DNA of 64,000 nt, taken from an uncultured Nitrososphaerota archaeon (lineage in GTDB: Archaea; Thermoproteota; Methanomethylicia; Culexarchaeales; Culexmicrobiaceae). A program made the translations under genes and the position numbers. Below the pieces are notes generated by a model, which worked only from the letters and a program-made list of their open reading frames with translations, did not search any database and was not told the DNA's origin. The stretch lies in NCBI GenBank assembly GCA_964462875.1, contig CAYWZQ010000007.1:325-64324 (forward strand), in the 5' to 3' direction. Shown here piece after piece: positions 41,452 through 51,390 of this stretch (position 1 is its first letter; each line of letters starts with the position of its first letter).

Positions 41452-42432
41452 ATGAAAATTGCTCAGTTAGGCGAGTGGAAGCTCATAGAGTGGATACTTA
41501 ATAGCATAACTAAGCATGAAAACCTAATGCTTCCCTACGGTGACGATGCATCAGCCTTCAGGGTTTCAGGGGCTGGAGACCTCGTTGTTATAAATACGGA
41601 TATGCTCGTAGGCTCCACGGACATACCTCCTGGAATGAACTATTGGCAAGTTGGAAGAAAAGCAGTTGTTATGTGTATTAGTGATTTGGCGGCCAAGGGC
41701 GCTAAACCAGCTTTTTTAATGTTTTCACTTGGACTGAAGAGAGATATGAGGATGAACGAGTTTCAAGAGCTAATAAGGGGGCTTAATAATGGCGCAAGAG
41801 AATATGACTCATATATTATTGGCGGTGATTTGAATGAAGCATGTGACTTGATAATTTCTGGTACTGCAATAGGTTTCAGCAAAAAAATCATTTCAAGAAA
41901 GGGAGCTAGAGCAGGTGATTTCCTGGCAGTTACAGGGTTCTTTGGAGATACGGCAGCTGGTCTCAAAATTTTACTTCATGAATTAAAGGTCGAAGAGCAT
42001 TTAAAGAAAAAGCTCGTGAATGCAGTTTATATGCCAAGAGCACATGTAAAAGAGGGGATAGCTTTAGCCAATAGCGGGGCGGTAACATCAGCCATAGATA
42101 GTAGTGATGGACTTGCAATTTCACTTCATGAACTCGTTAAGCAGAACAATATTGGATTCAAGATATATAAGTTACCGATATCTAAAGCGGCAAGAGAGTT
42201 TTCTGTATTAACAGGAATTGACCCTATCGAGCTAGTATTTTATGGTGGAGAAGAGTACAATCTAGTAATTACCATTAAAAGAGACATGTTAAATAAGGCC
42301 ATCGAAGCAGTGAGCAATGTCGGAGGAAAGCTTATAGTCATAGGGGAGGTTGTCGAAGAAAAGAAAGTAATATATGTAGAGAGGGGAAGGGAAGTGAAAA
42401 TTGAAAATAGAGGATGGGAACATTTCACGTAA
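41452..42432 (+). CDS. thiL: Thiamine-monophosphate kinase
   Basis: GDDA, SDLAA.GA.P, GGD, D.SDGL, GGEEY.L, GW.HF. Confidence 0.95.
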   Translation: MKIAQLGEWKLIEWILNSITKHENLMLPYGDDASAFRVSGAGDLVVINTDMLVGSTDIPPGMNYWQVGRKAVVMCISDLAAKGAKPAFLMFSLGLKRDMRMNEFQELIRGLNNGAREYDSYIIGGDLNEACDLIISGTAIGFSKKIISRKGARAGDFLAVTGFFGDTAAGLKILLHELKVEEHLKKKLVNAVYMPRAHVKEGIALANSGAVTSAIDSSDGLAISLHELVKQNNIGFKIYKLPISKAAREFSVLTGIDPIELVFYGGEEYNLVITIKRDMLNKAIEAVSNVGGKLIVIGEVVEEKKVIYVERGREVKIENRGWEHFT

Positions 42433-42450
42433 ACATTGGTGCAATTGAAT

Positions 42451-44178
42451 ATGAAGATTAAGCGGACAGTGATAATAGACGGATATAATGATGAACCAGC
42501 TGGATTAGGTGTTCCACCATATTTAGACATATATGCTAGGTACACTGCTGGAGCTATATGGACATATGATGGAAGCATTGAAGTATTATATTTCACAATT
42601 GATGAAGTTAGACAGAATTTTGATAAAATAATGAAAAAAGTAAATAATTCAGAGCTGCTGATAGTTTTAGGTGGAACGGTTGTTCCGGGAAAGTACCTTG
42701 GGGGAGAACCAATTAGACCGCATGAAGTATTGAAGATTGGAAAAGTAGCTACTAAGCCAATTAAGGTTCTTGGAGGACCCATGGCCAGATTCGGATTTGG
42801 AACAGAAGGTGGAAAGAAACCTGTATTATTGAAGGAATTGAAGGACTGTTATGACTTAATTGTGAAAGGTGATGTTGAAGTAGTTGTTTATAGGTTACTT
42901 GAAGAGAAGCTTAGAATTGAGGCTATAGATCCTAACGAGAAAAGAGAAAGTGCACACATGATAAGGGAGTTTGCAATCAGGGGAGCTAGGATAGTACTCG
43001 ATCATCCAAATTATGGTTTAAACCTTATATGTGAAATTGAAACATATAGAGGATGCCCAAGAGCGGTTGTTGGAGGATGCTCATTTTGTGCTGAAGTACT
43101 TCATGGACTTCCAGATTTTAGGCCAGTAGAGGATATAGTTGAAGAAATACGTGCACTCTATATGCTGGGTGTTAGATGTTTTAGGCTTGGAAGGCAACCG
43201 GACATATTCAGTTACATGGCCATTGGAGTTGGTGAAAAAGAGTTTCCGAAATTAAATCCACAAGCTTTGAACAAGCTTTTTGCAGCAATTAGAAGAGCCG
43301 CACCATCCCTTAAGGTACTACATATTGACAATGCGAATCCGGGGGCAATAGCACATCACCCAGAAGAGGCTAGAGAGATAGCGAAAATAATAGTAAAATA
43401 TCACACGCCAGGAGATGTTGCAGCATTCGGTATTGAATCAGCAGATCCAGTAGTAATTAAGTTGAACAATCTCAAAGCAACACCCGAGGAGTCGATGAAA
43501 GCCATTGAAATAATAAATGAAGTAGGGGCGAGAAGAGGTATTAATGGGTTACCAGAGCTCCTTCCAGGAATAAATTTTGTCTATGGATTAATTGGAGAAA
43601 CCAAGCAAACATACGAACTGAACCTAGAGTTCATGAAAGAAGTTCTGAGAAGAAAGTTGCTCGTAAGGAGGATAAACATAAGGCAATGCATACCACTTCC
43701 AGGAACAAGAATGTGGAGTGTAGGGGATAAGATTATGAGAAAGCACAAGCAACTCTTTAAAATATACAAGGAACGAATGAGGAGAGAAATTGATTTACCG
43801 ATGCTTAGAAGAATAGTGCCTAAATGGACTATCTTAAGAGAAGTATTTACCGAAAAATACGAGGGAAATCAAGCAACTTTAGCACGTCAAGTGGGCTCTT
43901 ATCCCCTATTAATATATATGCCCATGAAAGTGCAGCTAAATAAGTACATGGATGTAGTGATTGTTGATCATGGATATAGATCAGTAACAGGGTTACCATT
44001 ACCTCTTAATATAAATAAGATGCCTCTCAGTGCACTTATGAAAATACCTGGAATTGGTGCTAAGAGAGCTACTAAGATAGCTTCAAGGAGACCCTTCAAA
44101 GACTTAAGTGAGTTGGGGGAAGTACTACATGATGAAGAGTTACTTAAGAAACTAGCAGAAATAGCAGTATTCGAGTAA
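42451..44178 (+). CDS. Uncharacterised radical SAM protein with C-terminal helix-hairpin-helix
   Basis: DGY.DEPAGLGVPPY, ETYRGC-x7-CSFC, HIDNANP, RRINIRQ, HhH 'IPGIG.KRA'. Confidence 0.88.
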   Translation: MKIKRTVIIDGYNDEPAGLGVPPYLDIYARYTAGAIWTYDGSIEVLYFTIDEVRQNFDKIMKKVNNSELLIVLGGTVVPGKYLGGEPIRPHEVLKIGKVATKPIKVLGGPMARFGFGTEGGKKPVLLKELKDCYDLIVKGDVEVVVYRLLEEKLRIEAIDPNEKRESAHMIREFAIRGARIVLDHPNYGLNLICEIETYRGCPRAVVGGCSFCAEVLHGLPDFRPVEDIVEEIRALYMLGVRCFRLGRQPDIFSYMAIGVGEKEFPKLNPQALNKLFAAIRRAAPSLKVLHIDNANPGAIAHHPEEAREIAKIIVKYHTPGDVAAFGIESADPVVIKLNNLKATPEESMKAIEIINEVGARRGINGLPELLPGINFVYGLIGETKQTYELNLEFMKEVLRRKLLVRRINIRQCIPLPGTRMWSVGDKIMRKHKQLFKIYKERMRREIDLPMLRRIVPKWTILREVFTEKYEGNQATLARQVGSYPLLIYMPMKVQLNKYMDVVIVDHGYRSVTGLPLPLNINKMPLSALMKIPGIGAKRATKIASRRPFKDLSELGEVLHDEELLKKLAEIAVFE

Positions 44179-44236
44179 AGCATAGAGATAGAAAGCACAA
44201 ATACTTATAAACTCTCTAGTCTAACACGTTGTTGAG

Positions 44237-44341
44237 GGGCCCGTAGCTCAGCCTGGATAGAGCAACCTCACCATAGATGGTGAGGCTCGAGCCGGCCTTC
44301 TAAGCCGGGGGTCGTGGGTTCGAATCCCACCGGGCCCGCCA
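44237..44341 (+). tRNA. tRNA-Arg(TCT) with a 27-nt intron at 25/26 or 26/27
   Basis: Cloverleaf restored (CCGGC-CTTCTAA-GCCGG) after removing ~44264-44290; CCA encoded; TATA-like TTATAAA upstream. Confidence 0.93.
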
Positions 44342-44456
44342 CAACCATCAAATTAATGATGAACTCCATAATCAATAAGAGAAATTAATGTAATTTAGTT
44401 TTTATTTTAATTATGTTATTAAAATAAAAATTAATAATAGTAATTATTGAATTAAT

Positions 44457-45143
44457 TCACTTTACCTTATTTAAGTCTATTATTAGTTGAGGATATTTCT
44501 CCTTAATTATTTCTCCCGCTAGATCGAGTACGTGTTTTGCGCGTTCAATTATTATGTGATCACTTGAGGCCACTATTTCACCTTGTTCTATTACGGCTTT
44601 ATCAACTTGTTTGATGGCTTTAGCGTCTCCAGGTATACCGTGCTTCTTTAGCAGAAATCTAGTTAATCCAGCTATTTCACCGCTCTTGCTTATTGGACTA
44701 TCAAAGAAGAAAGCAATAAATTTAGGTTTATATTTCTTTAGGAAGTTTAAAGTGAGCTCTAATGAAAGCTTCGTTAAGTTCGAAAACTTATATTTACCGA
44801 AAATAGCAGATGTATCACGTATAAATCCATCATCACATAGAAATATTTTTTTACCCATAAGCGCGCTTTCAATGGTTATTAGCACATTAAACCCATCAAC
44901 TGCAACCTTTTTTCCTTTTATGTGAGTAGGACTAACGATTTTTCTCTTATGCTCAGCGGCTTGTAGCTTACTGTATACCGCTCTATAAAGAATAGCTTTC
45001 TCATCTTTCGAGAGCATGTATCTATTTGCTATGAAATTCACTGCAAGCTCTCTTTTATACCCCCTACTCAATAGATATCGCATATCCCTTATCGCTTCTA
45101 TGAGGTTAATGGAGATTGGGAGAAACGTGTTTCCCTCTACCAA
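44457..45143 (-). CDS. DUF434 / PIN-like domain protein
   Basis: YLL.RGY, DGFNVLIT, DDG..RD, FFD...S.SG, SSD..I. Confidence 0.85.
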   Translation of the reverse strand: MVEGNTFLPISINLIEAIRDMRYLLSRGYKRELAVNFIANRYMLSKDEKAILYRAVYSKLQAAEHKRKIVSPTHIKGKKVAVDGFNVLITIESALMGKKIFLCDDGFIRDTSAIFGKYKFSNLTKLSLELTLNFLKKYKPKFIAFFFDSPISKSGEIAGLTRFLLKKHGIPGDAKAIKQVDKAVIEQGEIVASSDHIIIERAKHVLDLAGEIIKEKYPQLIIDLNKVK

Positions 45144-45157
45144 TTTGTTTTTACCGC

Positions 45158-48061
45158 CTACTCCAGGTAAATAGCGGGTCTGAGCGGCAGTGCATTTACA
45201 GCTCTGTTTTTAGGATCATACCTCTCTGGGTCGTCTGCACCATATACTTGAACTTTTAAGTTCAGCTCCTTCTCAAAGAAAAGCCTTGCTCTCTCGAAAA
45301 TACTCTTTTCATCCAGCTTAATACTAATTCTAGTCTCACGCTCCTCAATCGTTAGATTCAAAAGCTTATCATAAGCATACTTCACTACTTTAACTGCTTC
45401 CCTCTCTCTTCCCTTAACATATGGTTTCTTCATTATTTCGCGCATTATATCGCTGAGCGATGATAGTCCTGAGTTAAGTAGCTTAGCTACTTCTCTAAAT
45501 ACTTTCCACTTCCACTGAGGAGCAGTATAAATTACTAGTTTAACAGGTCTACCTTTGAATATACGCATTATTTCAAAAATGTCATCCAATGTTTCTTTAA
45601 TTAGCTGCTCTGAAAACTCAGCTTCAGGTGATAGCGCATTAATGTCTAGTTCAGGCCACTTGGCTAGCGATATGAATGGTTTATGATTAGTTTTAATCCA
45701 TAGCTCCTCACATATAAAGGGTATGAAGGGGGAGAGAAGCTTTAGCCATATCTCAAGAGCTTTCAGTAGTAGGGCGCCGTTAACTTCATCTACTCTCCTC
45801 AAGTACCATCGGAATAAATTCCATATATTGAAGAAAGCTTCGTTAAAAGCAGTTCTTGTCTTCAGCTTCTCTAGGTTATCGGTTACCTTGGATATCGATC
45901 TATTAATGCTGCTAATTAGCCACTTATCAACAACATCAACATCTTTCCTTTTGCTGCTTAGAGCTGAGGAGTATAGTTGTAGCACAAATCTATAAAATGA
46001 TTGAAGATTCTTGTACATGTCTTCAGCATTTTTATTTCTCCAATCAGGGTCATCAAGGTCCTCAGCGCTGAGCAATAGAGTAGCTCTTATTACATCAGCT
46101 CCATACCGCCTTATTGCATCCTTTAGCGTTACGAAGATACCCTTGGACTTAGACATTGGTTTACCCTCGATCATTAGCATACCATTAACCCCAATAGCTC
46201 TTGGCCACTTATCTTCTGGGAAAATCGCCACGTGGTGAAATATAAAGAACGTTAGATGATTTGGCAGTAGCTCCTTAGCTGAAACCCTTAAATCCACGGG
46301 ATACCAGTAATCAAATTCTCTCCTCATAGACTTCAATACTTCAATTGGAACATCATATTTTTGAGAGAGATAGCTTGGATCCCCTTCGCCTAGGAATACG
46401 TAGTTTAAAACTTCATAGGTTAATTTTTCGGCTTCAATGAAACCTAAATTGATGTATTTACTAATGGTGTAGAAGGCCATATATATGGTTGAATCGCTTA
46501 AAGTTTCAACAAGCCACTTCTTATCCCACGGTAATGGAGTGCCGAGGCCGGAGAAGCGTGCACATGGTTTATCTTCTAACCATTCGATTACTTCTTCGAA
46601 GCTTTTTCTAGCTTCTGGTGGATATATTTTCATTTTACGTAGTGACTTTCTTGCAAGCTCCTTCCATGAGGGATCCGAGTACTTTAAAAACCATTGATTC
46701 TTAAGTACCTTAACTATGCACTTAGTTCCACATCTACAGACTACCCGCTGTGGGAGCTCATACATTATATCTGCATATCCCTTATCTACAAAGTCGCTGA
46801 TGATCCTCTCCTTAACTTCATGCACCCTCAATCCAGCATATTCACCACAATTACTTTTTAAAACTCCCTTGTGAAACTCTCTTTTATACACTATTTGAGT
46901 TGCTTCTTCAGCTTTAGGATCAAGCTGATCTTTAACGCCAAGCTTTTCAACTATTTCTATTGCGGGATAGTCTCCAAAGCCTTCAACTGAGATTATTGAT
47001 ATAGGCTTAATAGTTTTAATAAGATCTGGACTTAAACCATATTTTGAAAGTAATTCGGGCTTCTTCATTAAGTCCTTAAGAGCAAGCCAATCATATGGTG
47101 CATGAGCAGGAACGCTATATACGAGGCCCGTTCCATTATCGGGATCAACAAATGGAGCAGGTAGAATTATAATATCTCGGTTATTAACTGGATCCTTGCA
47201 TATTCTGCCAATAAGCTCTTTTCCCATTATTTTTCTCAGTATTCTGACTTTTTTGAGCTGATGTGATAGCTTGTATGCGGCCTGTTCACTAATAATCCAC
47301 TTCTCGCCATCAACTTCTGCCAGAACATATATTGCCTCTGGATTTACCCAGAAATTCGTTACACCATATATAGTTTCGGGCCTGAAAGTAGCGGCAGGGA
47401 GATAAGTGTCTTCGAGTTTGAACTTCATGAGTACATAGCGTTCAGGAGAGACACCTACTCCTTCAAGTCTATCGTGGTCACCTGTTGGACTTTTACATCT
47501 AGGACACCAAACTATTGGATACGTGCCTCTTACAACATATCCCTTCTCCCTTAACTTTAGGTACTGCCATTCTATGAAGCGGCTAAAGGCCTTATGATAA
47601 CTGGTTGTATGGAATTCTCTTCTCCAATCAACAGAAAAGCCCATGCGTTTAACTACTGTTCTGTTCTCATTAGTATAGTACCTCGCCATGTAGATTGGAT
47701 CGGTAAACTTCTTTATTTCTTCCGGTGGCACTCCATCTATTTCACGTAACACTCTTATTATTCTCTCATCACCTTCTTCAATTCTCTTTGCCGCACCAGC
47801 AATGGTGGCTCCAGTCCAATGCCAAGCCCATGGAAAGAGCACATTGTAGCCCTGCATTCTCTTAAATCTTGCATAAACGTCTACTCTTAAGGCAGTAAAA
47901 GCATGACCTAGATGTAGAGGACCATTCATATATGGAAATGGGAAAGTCACGAAGACTTTTGGTCTTTCATTGGGATCTGCTTCGAAGATTTTATTCTCTT
48001 CCCATAGTTTGAGCCACTTTTCCTCTATTTCATGTAAATCTACTTGCTCGAATTCCTTCAA
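45158..48061 (-). CDS. leuS: Leucine--tRNA ligase
   Basis: PYMNG.LHLGH, DHDR..G, T.RPET, SVPAHAP.D, MSKSKG, P.RPAIY; TTG start after a GGAGGT RBS. Confidence 0.96.
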   Translation of the reverse strand: MKEFEQVDLHEIEEKWLKLWEENKIFEADPNERPKVFVTFPFPYMNGPLHLGHAFTALRVDVYARFKRMQGYNVLFPWAWHWTGATIAGAAKRIEEGDERIIRVLREIDGVPPEEIKKFTDPIYMARYYTNENRTVVKRMGFSVDWRREFHTTSYHKAFSRFIEWQYLKLREKGYVVRGTYPIVWCPRCKSPTGDHDRLEGVGVSPERYVLMKFKLEDTYLPAATFRPETIYGVTNFWVNPEAIYVLAEVDGEKWIISEQAAYKLSHQLKKVRILRKIMGKELIGRICKDPVNNRDIIILPAPFVDPDNGTGLVYSVPAHAPYDWLALKDLMKKPELLSKYGLSPDLIKTIKPISIISVEGFGDYPAIEIVEKLGVKDQLDPKAEEATQIVYKREFHKGVLKSNCGEYAGLRVHEVKERIISDFVDKGYADIMYELPQRVVCRCGTKCIVKVLKNQWFLKYSDPSWKELARKSLRKMKIYPPEARKSFEEVIEWLEDKPCARFSGLGTPLPWDKKWLVETLSDSTIYMAFYTISKYINLGFIEAEKLTYEVLNYVFLGEGDPSYLSQKYDVPIEVLKSMRREFDYWYPVDLRVSAKELLPNHLTFFIFHHVAIFPEDKWPRAIGVNGMLMIEGKPMSKSKGIFVTLKDAIRRYGADVIRATLLLSAEDLDDPDWRNKNAEDMYKNLQSFYRFVLQLYSSALSSKRKDVDVVDKWLISSINRSISKVTDNLEKLKTRTAFNEAFFNIWNLFRWYLRRVDEVNGALLLKALEIWLKLLSPFIPFICEELWIKTNHKPFISLAKWPELDINALSPEAEFSEQLIKETLDDIFEIMRIFKGRPVKLVIYTAPQWKWKVFREVAKLLNSGLSSLSDIMREIMKKPYVKGREREAVKVVKYAYDKLLNLTIEERETRISIKLDEKSIFERARLFFEKELNLKVQVYGADDPERYDPKNRAVNALPLRPAIYLE

Positions 48062-48141
48062 TTCATTTACCTCCGTTCTTAACTGCACCCGCTTAAACTA
48101 GCTTTATAAGTCAGCTATATAATGTTCTCGGCTGAATTGGA

Positions 48142-50895
48142 TTAACCCTGCTGTTCTCTGCCTTTTGCAGCTATTTCTGCTATAGCCTTCTCAATAATCC
48201 TCCCGACTTCCTCGAGATTATCGGGTCTCCTTCCACTTCCCTGCGCAAAATCTACTTTACCTCCTCCCTTACCGCCAATAAAGTTTGAAATTTCTTTAGC
48301 TATTTGATTGGCGTTGAAGCCTAAAGATACAACTGGTTCTCCGGCTACAATAATGAATTCCACTCGCTCCTTCCCCCTTGGCGTGAAGAGTAGAATTACA
48401 CAGTTGCTGTTATCTCTAATTATACTTGTTGCAATATCTATTAGATCCCTGGTAGATAGTTGCTCAAATAATTCAGTTATTAAGTAGATTCCATTAACAA
48501 CCTTAGCTTTTTCAATTAACTTGCTTTTGATTAAATTAACGTAGCTCTTCCAGAGCCACCTATATCTTTGCTTTAACTCCTTTAGCTCAGCTTTAATATT
48601 GTATATTGCTTCAGGAGCCCTTTCTACTTGCGCATTTAATTCATTGGCAATTTTCGATAGAAGCTCCTCTCTACTCTGGACATATTTAACTGCCGACTCT
48701 CCACAAGTAAACTCTAGTCTTATTACTCCATCCTGAATTTTACTTGCCCTCAATATTTTAATTAGACCAACCTCACCCGTTGATCGGCAATGTGTTCCTC
48801 CGCATGCCTGAACATCTACACCCTCTATTTCAACTACCCGAATTTCTCTTCCAGGAACAACGCCTCCCTGATATAACCTAAAACCGTATTTTTGCTCAGC
48901 ATCTGTTCTATTCATAAATAGTGTTTTAACGTTAATGTTGGACATAACATATCTATTGGCTGCGATTTCTATGGCCTTTAATTCATCTGGGCTTATTGCT
49001 TTGTAATGAGTTATATCAAGCCTACTTTTATCAACATCCTTCTGAGCACCAGCTTGCCATACGTGTTTGCCCAAAATTTTGGTTGCTGCAGCCAATACTA
49101 TGTGGGTGGCAGTATGACTTCTCATTAGGGCAAGTCTTCTTCTTCGATCAATAATGCCAGTGACCACTATGCCTATTGGTGGAAGAGGCCCCCTAACTAC
49201 ATGAACTACTACTCCATCAACCTTCTTAACATCAATAACATCAGTCTTCCCGGAATCCCAAACAATTACTCCTTCATCAGGTGGTTGTCCACCGCCTTCA
49301 GGATAGAAAGCTGTTTGATCAAGCACTACGTAGTTTTTTATTGCATCAAGTACTTTCGCTTTGAATTCAAATAAATATGGATCATCGTAAAATAAAAGCT
49401 TCGTCTTAGGATATTTCGATACGTCGATTTCTATCTTAAATCGGCTAATTTTTTGTTTGATTTTTCTTTGATGTCTTTCAGCGACAATGGTATAGAAGTT
49501 TTCTGGTACTTCAACTTTCACATCTAGTTTGGAAGCTTCCTTTTCAATTATTTCGGGTGGGATTCCATGAGAATCATACAGCTCTATGAGAGCATCTAAT
49601 GATAACGTTCTTTTACCAGCCTTGATCAAGCGTTTACATACTCTTTCCACTATCTTTACGCCTTTATCAATCGTTTGCTTATACTTCCTCTCCTCATTTT
49701 CCACCATGTCAATTATTACATCCCTCATTTCAGCAAGTCTAGGGAAGAACTTGCTCCAGAAATCTATTTGCAAGGCAACTAGCTCGCTTAATGGATACTC
49801 GACATTTAATAGCTTTATTATCTTTAGAGCTCTTCTTATGACTAGTCGAGCCAAGTATCCTTCTCCACTATTTGATGGAACCACGCCATCAGCCAACATA
49901 AAAGCTAGGCACTTCGTGTGATCTAATATCGCAAAGAGGTGCTCTAGTGGAGCTACATGTTCAATTAGTTCATCATAACCTAATTCCAAGTGCTCTGCGA
50001 TTCTATGTTTGATAGAGCTATAATCGCCCTTAAATAGGCTCATGCTGTAGACATATTCTGATAGGAAAGAGTCAGATACTTTAACTCCAAGTATTCTAGA
50101 GAATTTGGGCAGCAAATTTGGGAATATTACATGGAAAGCTGTTGGCTCTCCACGTGAAACCCATGAAAGACGCTCAATACCATAACCGGTATCAACCACT
50201 TTTAGTGGCATTTCAACATACTTATCATTAACTGTCTTATAGCACATGAAAACGAGCGTAGCAACCTCAAGGCCACCTATGCATACTTCAAATGATGGGC
50301 CCGCGTTGCCTCCTCCCTCCCAAAAGCTCTCTTTATAGGTTATTGCTTTCGGATCTGCACCTAAGACTTCAGTTAGGAATTGATGACAATATTCAACGGT
50401 TCTACTTTTCCAGTAGATCTCTTTATTTGGATAGTTAAAGGCGTGATGTCCTCCCATTTCGAAAATAGTTAAATGTCGACCCATGGTTACGCCAACATTA
50501 TCTATGTCAACGAGTCGAATGCAAGGTTGAGAAATCACGAGGGGATTTGCGGGAGGAGGAATTATGCCATCAGTTACAAAGGGCTGAAAAAGAGCTATGC
50601 TCGCAATTGTCAAATATAAGTCGTCACGCCAACGTGCAACTACTGGTCGTGGATTTAAAACTTTATGACCATGATCCTCAAAGAATTTGAGAAAAGCGTT
50701 TCTCATGTCACTCAGACTATATCTTCCCTTAAAAACATGCTTTCTTAAGAAAGTATAAGGGTCACATGGAGACTCTCCACACGTAGTTCTGTTCTCATCT
50801 AATGTCCAAAAATAAGAACCACATTTAACACATTTTTTTCTGTGAAATGAATTTTCTATTAAGAAATTTATTTCAAACTCTTTGGGGTTAATCAT
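48142..50895 (-). CDS. alaS: Alanine--tRNA ligase
   Basis: ARWRDD, QPCIR, DTGYG.ER, HTATH, QACGGTH, GGG...AQG. Confidence 0.96.
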   Translation of the reverse strand: MINPKEFEINFLIENSFHRKKCVKCGSYFWTLDENRTTCGESPCDPYTFLRKHVFKGRYSLSDMRNAFLKFFEDHGHKVLNPRPVVARWRDDLYLTIASIALFQPFVTDGIIPPPANPLVISQPCIRLVDIDNVGVTMGRHLTIFEMGGHHAFNYPNKEIYWKSRTVEYCHQFLTEVLGADPKAITYKESFWEGGGNAGPSFEVCIGGLEVATLVFMCYKTVNDKYVEMPLKVVDTGYGIERLSWVSRGEPTAFHVIFPNLLPKFSRILGVKVSDSFLSEYVYSMSLFKGDYSSIKHRIAEHLELGYDELIEHVAPLEHLFAILDHTKCLAFMLADGVVPSNSGEGYLARLVIRRALKIIKLLNVEYPLSELVALQIDFWSKFFPRLAEMRDVIIDMVENEERKYKQTIDKGVKIVERVCKRLIKAGKRTLSLDALIELYDSHGIPPEIIEKEASKLDVKVEVPENFYTIVAERHQRKIKQKISRFKIEIDVSKYPKTKLLFYDDPYLFEFKAKVLDAIKNYVVLDQTAFYPEGGGQPPDEGVIVWDSGKTDVIDVKKVDGVVVHVVRGPLPPIGIVVTGIIDRRRRLALMRSHTATHIVLAAATKILGKHVWQAGAQKDVDKSRLDITHYKAISPDELKAIEIAANRYVMSNINVKTLFMNRTDAEQKYGFRLYQGGVVPGREIRVVEIEGVDVQACGGTHCRSTGEVGLIKILRASKIQDGVIRLEFTCGESAVKYVQSREELLSKIANELNAQVERAPEAIYNIKAELKELKQRYRWLWKSYVNLIKSKLIEKAKVVNGIYLITELFEQLSTRDLIDIATSIIRDNSNCVILLFTPRGKERVEFIIVAGEPVVSLGFNANQIAKEISNFIGGKGGGKVDFAQGSGRRPDNLEEVGRIIEKAIAEIAAKGREQQG

Positions 50896-50997
50896 TAAAT
50901 CACCACATCTGGTCTCAGCTAACCTATTAAGCACTTCTCAAATTTATATCAACAATAGCCTGCTCTTAAGAGTAATCGCTTATAGAATAGTTTGAAA

Positions 50998-51327
50998 CTA
51001 GCCGAATAGAGCCGCTAGTCCCTCAGCAATCTCTTCCTCGCTGGCCTCCTCTTTCTTCTCTTCCTTTTCTTCTTTCTTCTTCTCCTCTTTTGCTTCAGCT
51101 GAGGGGGCTGCAGCTGTTGGAGCAGCAGATGGAGCTGCTACTGGAGCAACGGTAGCTGCTGCACTTATAACTTCATCAATATTTATTTCCTTCAATGCTG
51201 CTATCATGGCCTTCAACCTGACTTCATCTACTTTTACGCCTGCTGCTTCAAGAACTTTCTTTAATGTGTCTTCAGTTATCTCTCTACCAGCATGATGGAG
51301 TAGGAGACTGGCATACACGTACTCTAT
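50998..51327 (-). CDS. rpl12: 50S ribosomal stalk protein P1/L12 (start codon uncertain, possibly ATA)
   Basis: [10 protein letters not shown], Ala-rich hinge, acidic tail GLAALFG. Confidence 0.95.
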   Translation of the reverse strand: MEYVYASLLLHHAGREITEDTLKKVLEAAGVKVDEVRLKAMIAALKEINIDEVISAAATVAPVAAPSAAPTAAAPSAEAKEEKKKEEKEEKKEEASEEEIAEGLAALFG

Positions 51328-51390
51328 TTCAACCACCTCCGCCGCGTTACTACGGAAATACATTCCAATATTTAAATTTTAATTTAACTG

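Noticed and set aside
44345-44456. Very AT-rich stretch containing ATGATGA after tRNA-Arg (possible sRNA, origin or att site)
   Set aside because: No D box, terminal stem, ORB-like repeats, cdc6 or integrase; most likely a convergent terminator region
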